From a virus (Duplodnaviria; Caudoviricetes), in the IMG/VR virus record IMGVR_UViG_3300045837_000211, positions 1-55,735 of that record: a DNA stretch of 55,735 bases. One strand, written 5' to 3'. A program made the position numbers and the translations under genes. Positions within the stretch are counted from its first letter, which is position 1; each line of letters opens with the position of its first letter. A model generated the notes under the pieces. That model was given only the letters and a program-made list of their open reading frames with translations. It was not told the origin of the DNA and did not search any database. Shown piece after piece: positions 27,561 through 37,584 of the stretch.

Positions 27561-27690
27561 AGACGTCGCGGACATCATCTTCCTGGCGCGCCACACGTCC
27601 TGGTCGGAGGCAGAGTTGCGGGGACTACCGAAGGCGCGCCGCAGGCAGTATCTCGAAGAGTTGAAGAGGCAACTGCCTAAGAGGTCTTGA
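27532..27690 (+). CDS. Frameshift extension of the tail assembly chaperone (+1 frame)
   Basis: Open +1 frame FVALVEPTAEDVADIIFLARHTSWSEAELRGLPKARRRQYLEEL.. with no own start codon; W-S-x-x-E-L-x-x-L-P-x-x-R-R motif. Confidence 0.7.
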   Translation, partial: FVALVEPTAEDVADIIFLARHTSWSEAELRGLPKARRRQYLEELKRQLPKRS

Positions 27691-27747
27691 GCAGCCAGCA
27701 GCGCGAGCCGCTCGGCTGCTCAATTAGTTTCTACGAATGGGGTACAC

Positions 27748-28413
27748 ATGATGGAGAAGACTTGGGCTCGTGCGCTCTCTGCCTTTGTCCTCACGCTCGC
27801 CTGCGCCGCGAGCGCGTGGCCGCGCCCCGGCGTCCCCCGCGCTGTCCGCCGCGCCGCCGCGTCGGTCTTCAGTCTCTCCGCCGGCGGCCACACCATCTGC
27901 ACGGCCTTCGCCGTCGGGACGCACGAAGGCCCCCGCCTGATGAGCGCCGGCCACTGCGCCGAGGGGATGGTTCAGGGTGAAGTGGTCACGGCTTTCAACG
28001 CGGAGTCGGACGCGCGCTACGAGGCGGCGCTGGAGAGCGCCGTGTACGAGTGGCCGCGCGCGGATTACTCGGTCTTCCGTTTTGTCGGGGCTCTGCCGCC
28101 GGCGGCGCTGCGCGAGTCCGGGAGGATGCCCGCGCCGGGCGACCCCGTTTACACCGTCGCCGGGCCTCTGGGCTTCTCCCCCGTCATCGCCGACGGGCTG
28201 TTCCAGGGTCGAGTCATCTGCACCGACGACCCGCGGTGCCAGGAGGAGATAGGCGGCCTTTATTTCGCCACCGTCACGGGCGACCACGGCGCTTCCGGCG
28301 CGCCGGTGCTCGACTCCAAGGGCCGCGTCTTCGGCATCTTCGTCGGCGGCTTCGACGGCGTGAAGCTCCCGTGGGCGCTCATCGCCGAAGCGCCGAAGGT
28401 CTCCGATTATTGA
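27748..28413 (+). CDS. Secreted trypsin-like serine protease
   Basis: Signal peptide; SAGHC, ADYSV, GASGAPV catalytic triad motifs. Confidence 0.85.
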   Translation: MMEKTWARALSAFVLTLACAASAWPRPGVPRAVRRAAASVFSLSAGGHTICTAFAVGTHEGPRLMSAGHCAEGMVQGEVVTAFNAESDARYEAALESAVYEWPRADYSVFRFVGALPPAALRESGRMPAPGDPVYTVAGPLGFSPVIADGLFQGRVICTDDPRCQEEIGGLYFATVTGDHGASGAPVLDSKGRVFGIFVGGFDGVKLPWALIAEAPKVSDY

Positions 28414-28416
28414 TTG

Positions 28417-31416
28417 ATGGCCACCTCCGGCAAATCACAGTTGGAAGTCATCCTCAACTATAAGGATCGACTTTCGCCGATGGCTCCGCGCACGATCCGT
28501 CATTTGCGCGACATCAACAGCTACGCGCGCACGGCGGCGAAGGGCGTCGACCTGCTCAACAAGTCTTTGAGCCGCCAGGTCAGGCCGGACGGCGTCGAGG
28601 CCTACGCGCGGGGCCTCGGCAAGCTCCGCGGCGAGATGCGCACCACGGTGCGCGACGCCGCCACTCTCCAGGGCGCGTTCGGCAACGGCTTCGACACCAA
28701 AGGGATTGACGCGGCGATCAGCAAGACGCGCGAGCTACAGCGCGAGAGCAAGGCTCTCACGCGCGCGCCCCGGTCACGCGCTCCTCACCAGTATCAGCCC
28801 GGCGACTGGATGAAAGACTCCGACCGCCCCGTCGACTGGCGCAGGCAGTTGGGCAACGGCCAGGGCAGCGGCCAGAAGCCGCCGGCGAACAATCACGGCG
28901 GCGGGCGTCTGCTCAGGCAGGCCGAGCAGGTCGACGCCGTCTTGCAGACGACCGGACAGATCACCCACGCCTTCACCGGTCGCGTGGAAGGCATGGAGCG
29001 GTACACGGACGAGTACCTGCAACTCAGCCAGGCGCGGCAGAAATTCCTCGCGCGCAACCTCAGCCCGCGCGAGAACACCGAGGCGTTCTCGGCGGTGGAC
29101 GAGACGGTCAAGAACCTGCGCGGGCTGACGCACGCCGAGACGACCGAGACGCTGACGGATTTGCACACGGCGCTCGGCGACCTGCACCACGCGATGGAGG
29201 CGCTGCCCATCGCCTCCAAGTACCGCTTCGGCGTCTCCACCCTTCTGGGCGACAAGTTCTCGCCCGAAGAGATCGAGTCCCAGATTCAGGGCGGGATGAA
29301 GTTCCTCGAGATGATCGGGGCCGTCTCCGACCGCTCGAAGATGGAGGCCTACTTCAACCGCGTCCAGCAGATCACGACGGCGACGGGCGGTCGCGTCACG
29401 CCCGACGAGATGCTCGCGATGGCGAAGACCGGCGGGACAGCCGTGCAGGGGCTCTCGCTCGAGGGACTCACGTCGCTGACGCTGCCCATCCAGGAGATGG
29501 GCGGTAGCCGAACGGGAACGGCGCTGCAAACCCTCTTCCAGAACATCATCGCCGGCCACATCGAGCAGAAGGGCCTCGCGGAGTGGCAGCGGCTGGGTCT
29601 CCTGGACGAGAGCAAGGTCGAGTACAACAAGAGCGGCATCGTCAAGAGCATGAGGGCCGGCGCGATCCCCATCGGGACGCTCATGCAGGAGAGCCCGCTC
29701 GCCTTCGCCGACGCGCTACGCGACGCCATGCAGCGCAAGGGCGTCGACACCGGCGACCCGAAGAAGGTCATCGAGGAGTTGGGCGCGCTGAAGATGCCGC
29801 GCACCGCCGCCGAGCTGACCTCGCTCATGATCAACCAGCGCTCGCGCGTGACGAAGGACATGGGGCTGGTCACGAACGCGAAGCAGATCGACCAGCTTTA
29901 CGGCCAGGGTCTGGAGTCGCCCATGGGCCAGCTCCGCGAGCTGAACGCCCAGCTCGTGGATTTCAAGGCGCAGGTCGGAAAGCCGCTACTGGAGATAGCG
30001 ACGAATTTCTCTAAGGCGTTCATGCCGATCTTGCAATACGCCTCCGAGTACCCGAAGACCGCCGCGGGCATTTTAGTCCTGGGTAAATCAATCGGCTTCG
30101 TCGCCGAGACGCTGACCGCCGTCAAGACGGGCGGCGAGGTTCTCGGCTGGTTCAAGGGCGCGGGCGAAGGCGCGGAAGGTGCGGCAGAAAAGATCGGCGA
30201 GGCGACTGGAAAAGCGGGCGGCCTGCGCCGGGCGCTCTCCTCGCTCAGCAGTAACCCGTGGGCCATCACCATCGGCCTGACCGCCGCGTCCGTTTTCACC
30301 ATCGGCGAGATCACGGAACTCATCCGCCTCATGGATGAGAAGAAGAAGGCCGACGCCGCGCTGCGCGAGTCGAACAACGGAAATCTTCAGACCATCGGCA
30401 AGGCGCGGGAAGTGTTCGGCCAGATGGGCGAGCCCGTGCCCGACATTATCTGGAAGCAGCAGGCCGGCGGCGCTTTGGGCAAGCTGAACACGAACAACGA
30501 ACTGCGTGACGCGCTAAAGGGCTGGACCACCGGCTCTTTCATGAGCGAGTTTTTCGGCGGCGTCTTCGGCCTGCACACGAGCCCCTACCACGGCATCTTC
30601 CGCCGGTTCGACCTGTCGGACGAGAAGACGAGGGACGAGTTCCGAAACCGCGTGCCGGAGCTGGGCCAGCCCGAGATCATGGCCGAGTTCCGCCGCCTCG
30701 TCGACAACTGGAAGCTGCCGGCAGACCAGCGCGCGGCCCTCGACAAGGGGCTACAGTTGGCCTTCCCCGACTCCTTCGCCAAGGCGACACAAATGTCGAC
30801 CGACGAGTTGACCAAGCTCGCGCCCGCGACCACGCAGACGACGGACGCACTGAAGAAGATCTCAGACGCTGCACCCGGCGTCGTCGGCGGACTGGGCGAG
30901 GCGGGGACGGCGGCGCAAAGTTTCGCCGACCGGGTCAACGCCCTCGAGATCAAGTTGCCGCAGGTGAGCGCGACGGGCGCCGCGTCGGGCGGCGCGGGCG
31001 CGCCCGAGCCAGGGGATGCCCCGAAGCTCGTCGAGTGGCCCGCCCCTCACAGGCGGCGCGGCGGCGCGGTCAAGCGCGGCAACACTTACGTCGTCGGCGA
31101 GGAGGGCGAAGAGCTATTCACCGCCGGGGCCGACGGCTTCATCACACCGCACGACCGGGCGGAAGGCTTGGCCGCCGCGCCCGACTACAGCCTCTTCGCC
31201 GCCGCGCCTTCGGGCGGACACACAATCAACGTCGAGATCAACGTCCCTCCCGGCCACCCGGCGGCCGAAGACACGGAGGAGTTGGTACGGTTCCTCGAAC
31301 GAAAGCTCGAGGCGCTGGCCGCGCGACTTGACGAGACGCGCGGGCAACTCCACGACCCGCGCTTCGTCGACGGCATGGTCAACAGCGCGCGCGAGCGCGT
31401 CGCCCAGCGCTCGTGA
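28417..31416 (+). CDS. Tape measure protein
   Basis: About 1000 aa, helical, Ala/Gly-rich; C-terminal GGAV..G..YVVGE.G.ELF. Confidence 0.9.
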   Translation: MATSGKSQLEVILNYKDRLSPMAPRTIRHLRDINSYARTAAKGVDLLNKSLSRQVRPDGVEAYARGLGKLRGEMRTTVRDAATLQGAFGNGFDTKGIDAAISKTRELQRESKALTRAPRSRAPHQYQPGDWMKDSDRPVDWRRQLGNGQGSGQKPPANNHGGGRLLRQAEQVDAVLQTTGQITHAFTGRVEGMERYTDEYLQLSQARQKFLARNLSPRENTEAFSAVDETVKNLRGLTHAETTETLTDLHTALGDLHHAMEALPIASKYRFGVSTLLGDKFSPEEIESQIQGGMKFLEMIGAVSDRSKMEAYFNRVQQITTATGGRVTPDEMLAMAKTGGTAVQGLSLEGLTSLTLPIQEMGGSRTGTALQTLFQNIIAGHIEQKGLAEWQRLGLLDESKVEYNKSGIVKSMRAGAIPIGTLMQESPLAFADALRDAMQRKGVDTGDPKKVIEELGALKMPRTAAELTSLMINQRSRVTKDMGLVTNAKQIDQLYGQGLESPMGQLRELNAQLVDFKAQVGKPLLEIATNFSKAFMPILQYASEYPKTAAGILVLGKSIGFVAETLTAVKTGGEVLGWFKGAGEGAEGAAEKIGEATGKAGGLRRALSSLSSNPWAITIGLTAASVFTIGEITELIRLMDEKKKADAALRESNNGNLQTIGKAREVFGQMGEPVPDIIWKQQAGGALGKLNTNNELRDALKGWTTGSFMSEFFGGVFGLHTSPYHGIFRRFDLSDEKTRDEFRNRVPELGQPEIMAEFRRLVDNWKLPADQRAALDKGLQLAFPDSFAKATQMSTDELTKLAPATTQTTDALKKISDAAPGVVGGLGEAGTAAQSFADRVNALEIKLPQVSATGAASGGAGAPEPGDAPKLVEWPAPHRRRGGAVKRGNTYVVGEEGEELFTAGADGFITPHDRAEGLAAAPDYSLFAAAPSGGHTINVEINVPPGHPAAEDTEELVRFLERKLEALAARLDETRGQLHDPRFVDGMVNSARERVAQRS

Positions 31417-31420
31417 AGTG

Positions 31421-32446
31421 ATGAACCTCACCGCACGCTGCATCGTCGAGATAGACGGCACGCGCTACGACAGCCGCGACAAACAATCGCGCCTCGTCTC
31501 GGTCACCATCGACACCGAGACCAACCTGACGGGCGAGGCCGTCGTGACTTTCGCCGACCCCCGCTTCGAGCTGACGGACAGGCACACCGACTCGACGGGG
31601 ATGCGCTACGCGGAGGCGCGCGTTTGGCTCGGGTACGGGGGCGACCTAGGCGAGGCTTGCTTCGGCGGACGTCTCGTCGGGGTCGAGCACGACTCCCAGC
31701 GCGTGGGGCTGCGGTTTCACGACAAGAGCCGCGACATGAAGCTCGAGAAGAAGTCGCGCTACCACGCGGGCAAGACGGATGTGGAGATCATGCGCGACGT
31801 CGCCGCCGAATACGGACTGGACTTTCAGACCGTCGGCTCCGTCATTGACAGCGAGCGCCACGCGAGCCTCATGCAGCGCAACAGCCGCGATTGGGACTTC
31901 ATCCGCTCCCTCGCGAGCCGCGCCGGCTGGAACGTGTGGGTCGACGGCAACACCCTTTACGCGCAGGAGGCGGGCGTCCAGTCGCCGGGCGGTACAGTGC
32001 TCACCTACCGGCAGGATTTCCTCTTCCTTCGGCCGCTCACTCTCACCTTCAAGCTGCCGGAGAATAGAAGGGGGCGCGCGCGCAAAGCCGTGGTGACGAC
32101 GCGCGGGCCCGACGGCTCGCGCATCAGCGGCGAGAGCGCCGGCAACTACCAACGTGGCCGGCTGCTCTCCTCCTCTTCGGATCTTCCGCACCACACGCGC
32201 CAGGCCGCCGAGCGTCACGCGCGGGGGCTGCGCCTCAAATCCGGCGAGACGGCCTTCGAGTGCCGGATTCAACTCCTGCCCGCCGCCGGGAGGCAGATCG
32301 GTATTCGCTCGGTGGTGACGCTCGCGGAGGCGGGGCAATTTTTCGGGGGCGACTACGTCGTGCGCGCGGCGCGCCGGGCTTGGCACGGCTCACAGCTTTT
32401 GGACGACCTGACGCTGGGCCGCGACATCGGCGGCCTGAAGAAGTAA
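31421..32446 (+). CDS. Baseplate hub (P2 gpD-like)
   Basis: VWLGY, Q...DWDFI..LA...G, FGGDYVV. Confidence 0.85.
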   Translation: MNLTARCIVEIDGTRYDSRDKQSRLVSVTIDTETNLTGEAVVTFADPRFELTDRHTDSTGMRYAEARVWLGYGGDLGEACFGGRLVGVEHDSQRVGLRFHDKSRDMKLEKKSRYHAGKTDVEIMRDVAAEYGLDFQTVGSVIDSERHASLMQRNSRDWDFIRSLASRAGWNVWVDGNTLYAQEAGVQSPGGTVLTYRQDFLFLRPLTLTFKLPENRRGRARKAVVTTRGPDGSRISGESAGNYQRGRLLSSSSDLPHHTRQAAERHARGLRLKSGETAFECRIQLLPAAGRQIGIRSVVTLAEAGQFFGGDYVVRAARRAWHGSQLLDDLTLGRDIGGLKK

Positions 32447-32449
32447 GGG

Positions 32450-32938
32450 ATGAGCACGGCGGTCGCGACCATTGAGTTGATCAACCTCGACGATCCGTCG
32501 GGGGCCGGCGATTTCAGCTTCCGCAGATTCCCGCGGTCGGTGGATACGACCGACAAGACCAACTACGAGGCGGCGGACGTCGCCGGCTTCGTCAAGCCCG
32601 TCATCCACGCGAACGCCGAGCCGCAGATCATCGTGCTCCAGGAGGTGTGGCTCGACAACTCCGACTCCCTTCAGTCGGTGCTCCCCGACGTCGAGCGCCT
32701 GCGCGGGCTGATGCGGCGCGGCGGCGACGCGGACGCTCCGCCCACGCTCCAACTCATCATCGGCGACTGGAGCGTTGAGGTCGTTCTGGTCGAGATGAAG
32801 GCCGAGCGCGTGCGCTTCACGGGCGAGAACGTGCAGACGAGGGCGCGGCTCAGTTTAACTTTCTGGGAGACGGACGGCGGCAACCTCTCGGGCCGCGCGC
32901 CGGGCAACCGCCCCGAAGACGCGAAGTTTTCCTTCTGA
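32450..32938 (+). CDS. Tube initiator (gpU / CIS tube-like)
   Basis: F.F...P, PP.L....G, RF...RA.LSLTF.E. Confidence 0.7.
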   Translation: MSTAVATIELINLDDPSGAGDFSFRRFPRSVDTTDKTNYEAADVAGFVKPVIHANAEPQIIVLQEVWLDNSDSLQSVLPDVERLRGLMRRGGDADAPPTLQLIIGDWSVEVVLVEMKAERVRFTGENVQTRARLSLTFWETDGGNLSGRAPGNRPEDAKFSF

Positions 32939-33186
32939 TGCCAAGCCTGACACCCTTCCAGCGCTACGCCACGCTCGTGCCGCCCCCCGACGCCGGCACC
33001 CTGCGGCACGTCTTCGTCGAAGGAGAGACGCTACACCTGCTCTCTTTCAGGTATTACGGCGACGTGATCTTCTGGAAGAAGATCGCCGACTACAACGACG
33101 TCACAGACCCGCGCACGATCCCCGCGGGCACGCTCCTTCTGATACCTCCGCGCCCGCTCCAGACGGGCAAGTTCGAGTCCGTTTAG
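32938..33186 (+). CDS. LysM / tail X-like baseplate protein
   Basis: GETL..LS.RYYGD...W..IADYN...DP..I..G..L.IP. Confidence 0.85.
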   Translation: MPSLTPFQRYATLVPPPDAGTLRHVFVEGETLHLLSFRYYGDVIFWKKIADYNDVTDPRTIPAGTLLLIPPRPLQTGKFESV

Positions 33187-33189
33187 CCC

Positions 33190-33762
33190 ATGTCGCACGA
33201 CGACGAACAAGACTACTTCATCTTCGAGTACGGCCGGGTGCAGGAGGTTCAGCCGGAGACGCTCGCGGTCAAATGCGTCATCCATTCGATAGACCCGGAC
33301 CGCGTGCACGACGAGTGGATATGGCAGGCAGTCCCGTTCGTCGGCAAACCCGGATACGGCCCTGCTTTCGCGCCGGCGGTGGGGAGTGAAGTTTTAATCA
33401 CGGGCCGCTACGGGCAGGACTACAGCCTGATTTACCTGAGCACGTACAACACGAGGTTCATGCCGCCCTCGGAGTTCGCCGACGGCTCGCGCGGGATGAA
33501 GATCGAAACCGCGTTGCGGTTCTTAGTTGATTCGCTGTTGCAACTGAAGAGCGGCCAGCGCGTCGAGGTTGACTCTCCCGACGTCTTCCTCCAATCAGGC
33601 GGGTCGGTGAGCGTGCACGGCCAGGGGGAACGTGTCGGCTTCTTAGGCGCCGACCCAATTGCGCGTCGAACGCTCCCGCCGGACGCCATGGACATCACGA
33701 CTAACAACACGCTCACGAACGCTATCAAACGCCTCTTGATTGATTTGGGGTTCGCGCAGTGA
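33190..33762 (+). CDS. Baseplate spike (gpV-like)
   Basis: G.V..V.P, W, G....P.VG.EVL OB-fold pattern. Confidence 0.8.
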   Translation: MSHDDEQDYFIFEYGRVQEVQPETLAVKCVIHSIDPDRVHDEWIWQAVPFVGKPGYGPAFAPAVGSEVLITGRYGQDYSLIYLSTYNTRFMPPSEFADGSRGMKIETALRFLVDSLLQLKSGQRVEVDSPDVFLQSGGSVSVHGQGERVGFLGADPIARRTLPPDAMDITTNNTLTNAIKRLLIDLGFAQ

Positions 33763-33956
33763 CGGGTCAGGCGCCGGCATACATTTTGGACGCGGCATTC
33801 GCCATCTGGCACAGGCCCAGGGGTGCAGACTGTTGGCACCACACGCCCTGCGGCGAGACGGTCGAGCCCCTCGCCATCGCCTTCGGCGAGTGCCGGGCGG
33901 TCGACCTGCGCTGCAACGACTGCGAAGAAATTTTTGAAGACTTGGCCGAAAGATGA
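33759..33956 (+). CDS. Small Cys/His-rich protein
   Basis: H...CWHH.PCG....CNDC; overlaps both neighbours. Confidence 0.5.
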   Translation: MTGQAPAYILDAAFAIWHRPRGADCWHHTPCGETVEPLAIAFGECRAVDLRCNDCEEIFEDLAER

Positions 33957-34333
33957 GCGACATCGGAGTCACGCTTTCATTCCCCTTCCGCGTGGACGCG
34001 CGCGGATCTCTGGCCGTCGCGCGCACCGCGGAGCAGATCGCCGCGGAGGCAATCGCCGATTTACTCGAGACGCGGCCCGGCGAGCGCGTTTACGTTCCCG
34101 ACTACGGCGTGCGCGACTTTCTCTTCTCGACAGTCAACGCCGCCTTCAAGATGAGGCTCGAGAAGAGGCTGCGCAAACAGATACTCGACTTCGTGCCTTC
34201 CGTCCAGGACGCAGACGTCACGGTCAATGTGAGTGACGCGTCGCGCGTGGACATCACCGTCACCTACACGCTCAACACCGGCCAGACTCACAGCTACTAC
34301 TACCCGCTCTGGCAACTGATCCAGAACTCCTGA
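33953..34333 (+). CDS. Baseplate wedge gp25/gpW-like protein
   Basis: LSFPF, LL.TRPGERV..PDYG. Confidence 0.9.
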   Translation: MSDIGVTLSFPFRVDARGSLAVARTAEQIAAEAIADLLETRPGERVYVPDYGVRDFLFSTVNAAFKMRLEKRLRKQILDFVPSVQDADVTVNVSDASRVDITVTYTLNTGQTHSYYYPLWQLIQNS

Positions 34334-34334
34334 G

Positions 34335-35477
34335 ATGGCAATCGACTCCATTCCCATCCCCACGCCCCTCATCGACCCGCGCGACGGCGTCGAGCTGGCC
34401 GCCGAGGCAATCGCGCGGATGAACGCCGCCTGCCCGGAGCTGACCAATAACGACCCGGCCTCGCCCTTCGCGGTGATGGCGGAGTCGCAGGCCTTCCACG
34501 TCGAGCAGGTGCTCTACGCGATCAACCGGCTGCCGGACGCGGTGCAGGTGGCGTTCGCCAGTCTCTTCGGAATCGAACTCCGCCTGGCGCTGCCTGCGAC
34601 GACGACTCTCACCTTCACCGTGACGGCGCCCGCGGGGACTTACGTCACAATCCCCGCGGGCACGCGCGTCGCGACCGCCGACGGCTCTTTCGTCTTCGCG
34701 ACTGATACCGACCTGGAATTAGCGCCCGGCGTGACGAGCGGCGAGGTCTCGGCGACGGCGGTCGCGACCGGTCACACCGTACTTCAGGCGAACACGCTCA
34801 CGCGAGTCATCGACCCCGTCGCCTGGGTGCAGGCGGTGACTAACGCCGGCGTGGTTGATTCCGGCGCCGAGCAGGAGACCGTCACGTCGGCGCTCGAGCG
34901 CTCGCGCAACTACCAGCAGCGGGCAGAGCGCATCGTCTCCGCGAACGACCTCGCGTCGGCCATCCGCGACGAGGTCATGGCCGGCAACTGCATCTTGCAG
35001 GTCTTCGAGAAGACCGAAGACGGCTACTGGGACCCGGACACGCAGCTCGGTCGTCGGCTGGGCAACACGACTGTGTTGCTGATGACCGCCGCCGGCAACG
35101 CCGTCTCTACGGAAGTGCGCCAGCAGATAGGTGCCCTGTGCGAGCAGCTCGTCGGACACCTCCAGGTCTTTATCAAGGATCCTGTGTATCACGAGTTCAG
35201 CGTCGCGGCGGACGTGCGCCTGGTCAACCTAGCGCGTCAGGCGGACGCGCTCGCGCGCATCCAGGACTCGCTCGAAACTTTCTACGCGGTGAAGGCGGCG
35301 AACATCGGTCGCGGGATTCACGTGAGCGAGATCGTCGAGTTCATCGAGGGCACGCCCCTGGTGGATTTCATCGTGCCCCAGCCCGGCGGCTCAATCCTCA
35401 GCAGCCCGGCGGCGGACATAGAGCTGCTCCCTTACGAGCTGCCGAAGCTGATCAGCGTCACGATCAACTTCGTGTGA
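34335..35477 (+). CDS. Baseplate J-like protein
   Basis: FG.EL..A.PA, IPAGTRV, GAEQE, R.VSA.D. Confidence 0.9.
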   Translation: MAIDSIPIPTPLIDPRDGVELAAEAIARMNAACPELTNNDPASPFAVMAESQAFHVEQVLYAINRLPDAVQVAFASLFGIELRLALPATTTLTFTVTAPAGTYVTIPAGTRVATADGSFVFATDTDLELAPGVTSGEVSATAVATGHTVLQANTLTRVIDPVAWVQAVTNAGVVDSGAEQETVTSALERSRNYQQRAERIVSANDLASAIRDEVMAGNCILQVFEKTEDGYWDPDTQLGRRLGNTTVLLMTAAGNAVSTEVRQQIGALCEQLVGHLQVFIKDPVYHEFSVAADVRLVNLARQADALARIQDSLETFYAVKAANIGRGIHVSEIVEFIEGTPLVDFIVPQPGGSILSSPAADIELLPYELPKLISVTINFV

Positions 35478-35499
35478 CCCGCGCGCGCCGCCGAACCCC

Positions 35500-36108
35500 A
35501 TGTCAATCAGCAACCTCGACTACCAGTTCAACTGCTTAACGTCGCGCTACCGCAACGCGGACGGGCAGGGCTTGCTGAAAAGGTTTCTCTCATTCTTCGG
35601 CGAGCAGCTCGACAAGTTCGACCAGGACTTCGAGACGCTCTACCAGAAGGTGAAGTCGGAGACGGCGCCGGAGCAGTTCGTCGAGTTCTGGTGCTGGTCG
35701 TTCTTCGGCTGGAGCTGGTTCCCTTCGTGGTGGACGCTCCCCCAAAAGCAAGCTTTCTACGGCGACCTGGCGAAACACCTGGCGCGGCGGGGCACCAAGG
35801 CCGGCATTGAGGGCTTCCTGCGCGCCTTCGGCGTCCACGCAGTGGTCTTCAACCGCCCCGAGTACTGGGGCTCGTTTTACTGGGGCGCGAGCGACTGGAC
35901 GATGACGGGCCCGCTCGCCTTGGTCGTGCGCGTCTACCCGATGCGCGACGTCGCGGCGAGCGAGATGGCCACCTGGGGGGAATTCTTCTGGCAGGACGCC
36001 TACTTCGCGCCGGAGAACGGCGTGGTCGAGCAATCGGACGTCGAGGCGCTACTCCGCTTTCAAGCCCCGCTCTCGCAGGACATCTACATCGAGTACCTGA
36101 CCGCTTGA
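35500..36108 (+). CDS. Baseplate gpI-like tail protein
   Basis: L.RFL..F, AP..F...W...FGW, RRGTKAGI. Confidence 0.85.
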   Translation: MSISNLDYQFNCLTSRYRNADGQGLLKRFLSFFGEQLDKFDQDFETLYQKVKSETAPEQFVEFWCWSFFGWSWFPSWWTLPQKQAFYGDLAKHLARRGTKAGIEGFLRAFGVHAVVFNRPEYWGSFYWGASDWTMTGPLALVVRVYPMRDVAASEMATWGEFFWQDAYFAPENGVVEQSDVEALLRFQAPLSQDIYIEYLTA

Positions 36109-36118
36109 GGATTCAAGG

Positions 36119-37552
36119 ATGAGAACACGATTAGTTGACAGCTACACCGACCCGGCGACGAGCATCGTCTACGGACTGCGCGGCGACCCCACGGACTTCT
36201 CCCTCTCGCAGCAGTACACGCACGAGCACGTCAAGGCCGTGGCGAGCGTCTTTCTGTCCGCCGGCATGGCCGCCGTCGAAGTCAGCGGCTTTGACTACAC
36301 GCTGGCGGGCGGCCTCTCCCTCTCCATCGCCGCGGGGCAGGCCTTCGACGCCGCGGCGAACTACTACGAGACGATCAGCGACCCGGAGGGTCAGCCCACG
36401 GTCGTCACGCTCGACGCGGCGGACGCCACCAACCCGCGCATCGACGTGATCTACGCCCTGCTCGAGCAGGGCGTGGAGGCCGAACCGCTGCCGCGCACGT
36501 TCCGGCGGCTCCTCACGCCGACGGAGATCGCCGCCGGAACGCCCGAATACAATCCGACGAACATCACCGTCTTCGCCGAGTTGCAGACGCGCGCGACCGT
36601 CAGGGTGCTCAAGGGCACGCCCTCGCCCGCGCCGGTCGCGCCCGTGGTGGGCGCGAACGAGGTGGCGCTCTTCCAGGTGCGCGTGAACGCCAACGCCGCG
36701 ACGCTCGTCGCCGGCAACGTCACGGACGTGCGCAACGCCGCGCGGTCGCTCGCGCAGGCCTGGGCGCAGATAGACGCGAACACGGCGGCGCTCGGGGGCG
36801 GAATGTTCGAGTCCATCCAGGACATGATCGCGACCTTCCTCGGCGTCACGCCCAACACCGGGCTTTCGATCACCTACAACGACGCCGCCAACACGCTCAC
36901 GCTCGCGGGAGTTGCCGCGTCGGGCGCGGCGATGGGCATGATGTCTGCCGCCGATTACAACACGCTTCACGCGGCGACCCCGAGCGCGACGGCGAACGCG
37001 ATCTCGCAGCGCGACTCGAACGGAGACGTTTCGGCGCGCGACTACAAGCCGACACGCCAGATTTTGTTCCCCGACTCGTCTGTCCTCACGCAGCCGCGCT
37101 TCAAGGAGCAGCAGATCATAATCTTCGACCTGGAGACGGCCTTCACGACGCAGGCGACCCCCTACCCAGGCAATTCCGTTTACGTCACCTCTCCGTCCGG
37201 CGTGGCCTTCTACGTGAACCTCAACCTCGCCGACTTCGCCAACATCCCGCTCGTCTTCGAATGTATAGGCAAGCACGCCGACGGCGGCCTGACGACCACG
37301 GAGGCAGACCTCTGGAACGTGACCGACAACGTCTCGGTCGCCAACGTCAAATGGCTCCACGGCGCGGGCGTCTCGATAGCGCGCTCCGCGCCGTTCACCC
37401 TGAGCGGCTCGACGCGGAAGCGATTCCAAGTGAAGCTCGGCATCCAGCAGCAGCAGGGATCCGACACCGCCTTCATCTGGACGGCGCGGTTGATCGCCTA
37501 CCCGGCCTACGACACGTGCGGCGGCTGGGGCCAGTCGGCGTGCCCACTCTAA
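36119..37552 (+). CDS. Tail fibre protein
   Basis: DATNPRIDVI, KGTP...PVAP, VTDVR; follows gpI. Confidence 0.8.
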   Translation: MRTRLVDSYTDPATSIVYGLRGDPTDFSLSQQYTHEHVKAVASVFLSAGMAAVEVSGFDYTLAGGLSLSIAAGQAFDAAANYYETISDPEGQPTVVTLDAADATNPRIDVIYALLEQGVEAEPLPRTFRRLLTPTEIAAGTPEYNPTNITVFAELQTRATVRVLKGTPSPAPVAPVVGANEVALFQVRVNANAATLVAGNVTDVRNAARSLAQAWAQIDANTAALGGGMFESIQDMIATFLGVTPNTGLSITYNDAANTLTLAGVAASGAAMGMMSAADYNTLHAATPSATANAISQRDSNGDVSARDYKPTRQILFPDSSVLTQPRFKEQQIIIFDLETAFTTQATPYPGNSVYVTSPSGVAFYVNLNLADFANIPLVFECIGKHADGGLTTTEADLWNVTDNVSVANVKWLHGAGVSIARSAPFTLSGSTRKRFQVKLGIQQQQGSDTAFIWTARLIAYPAYDTCGGWGQSACPL

Positions 37553-37584
37553 ATAAATCCGAATTCGTTTGAAGGAGAGTTTCG

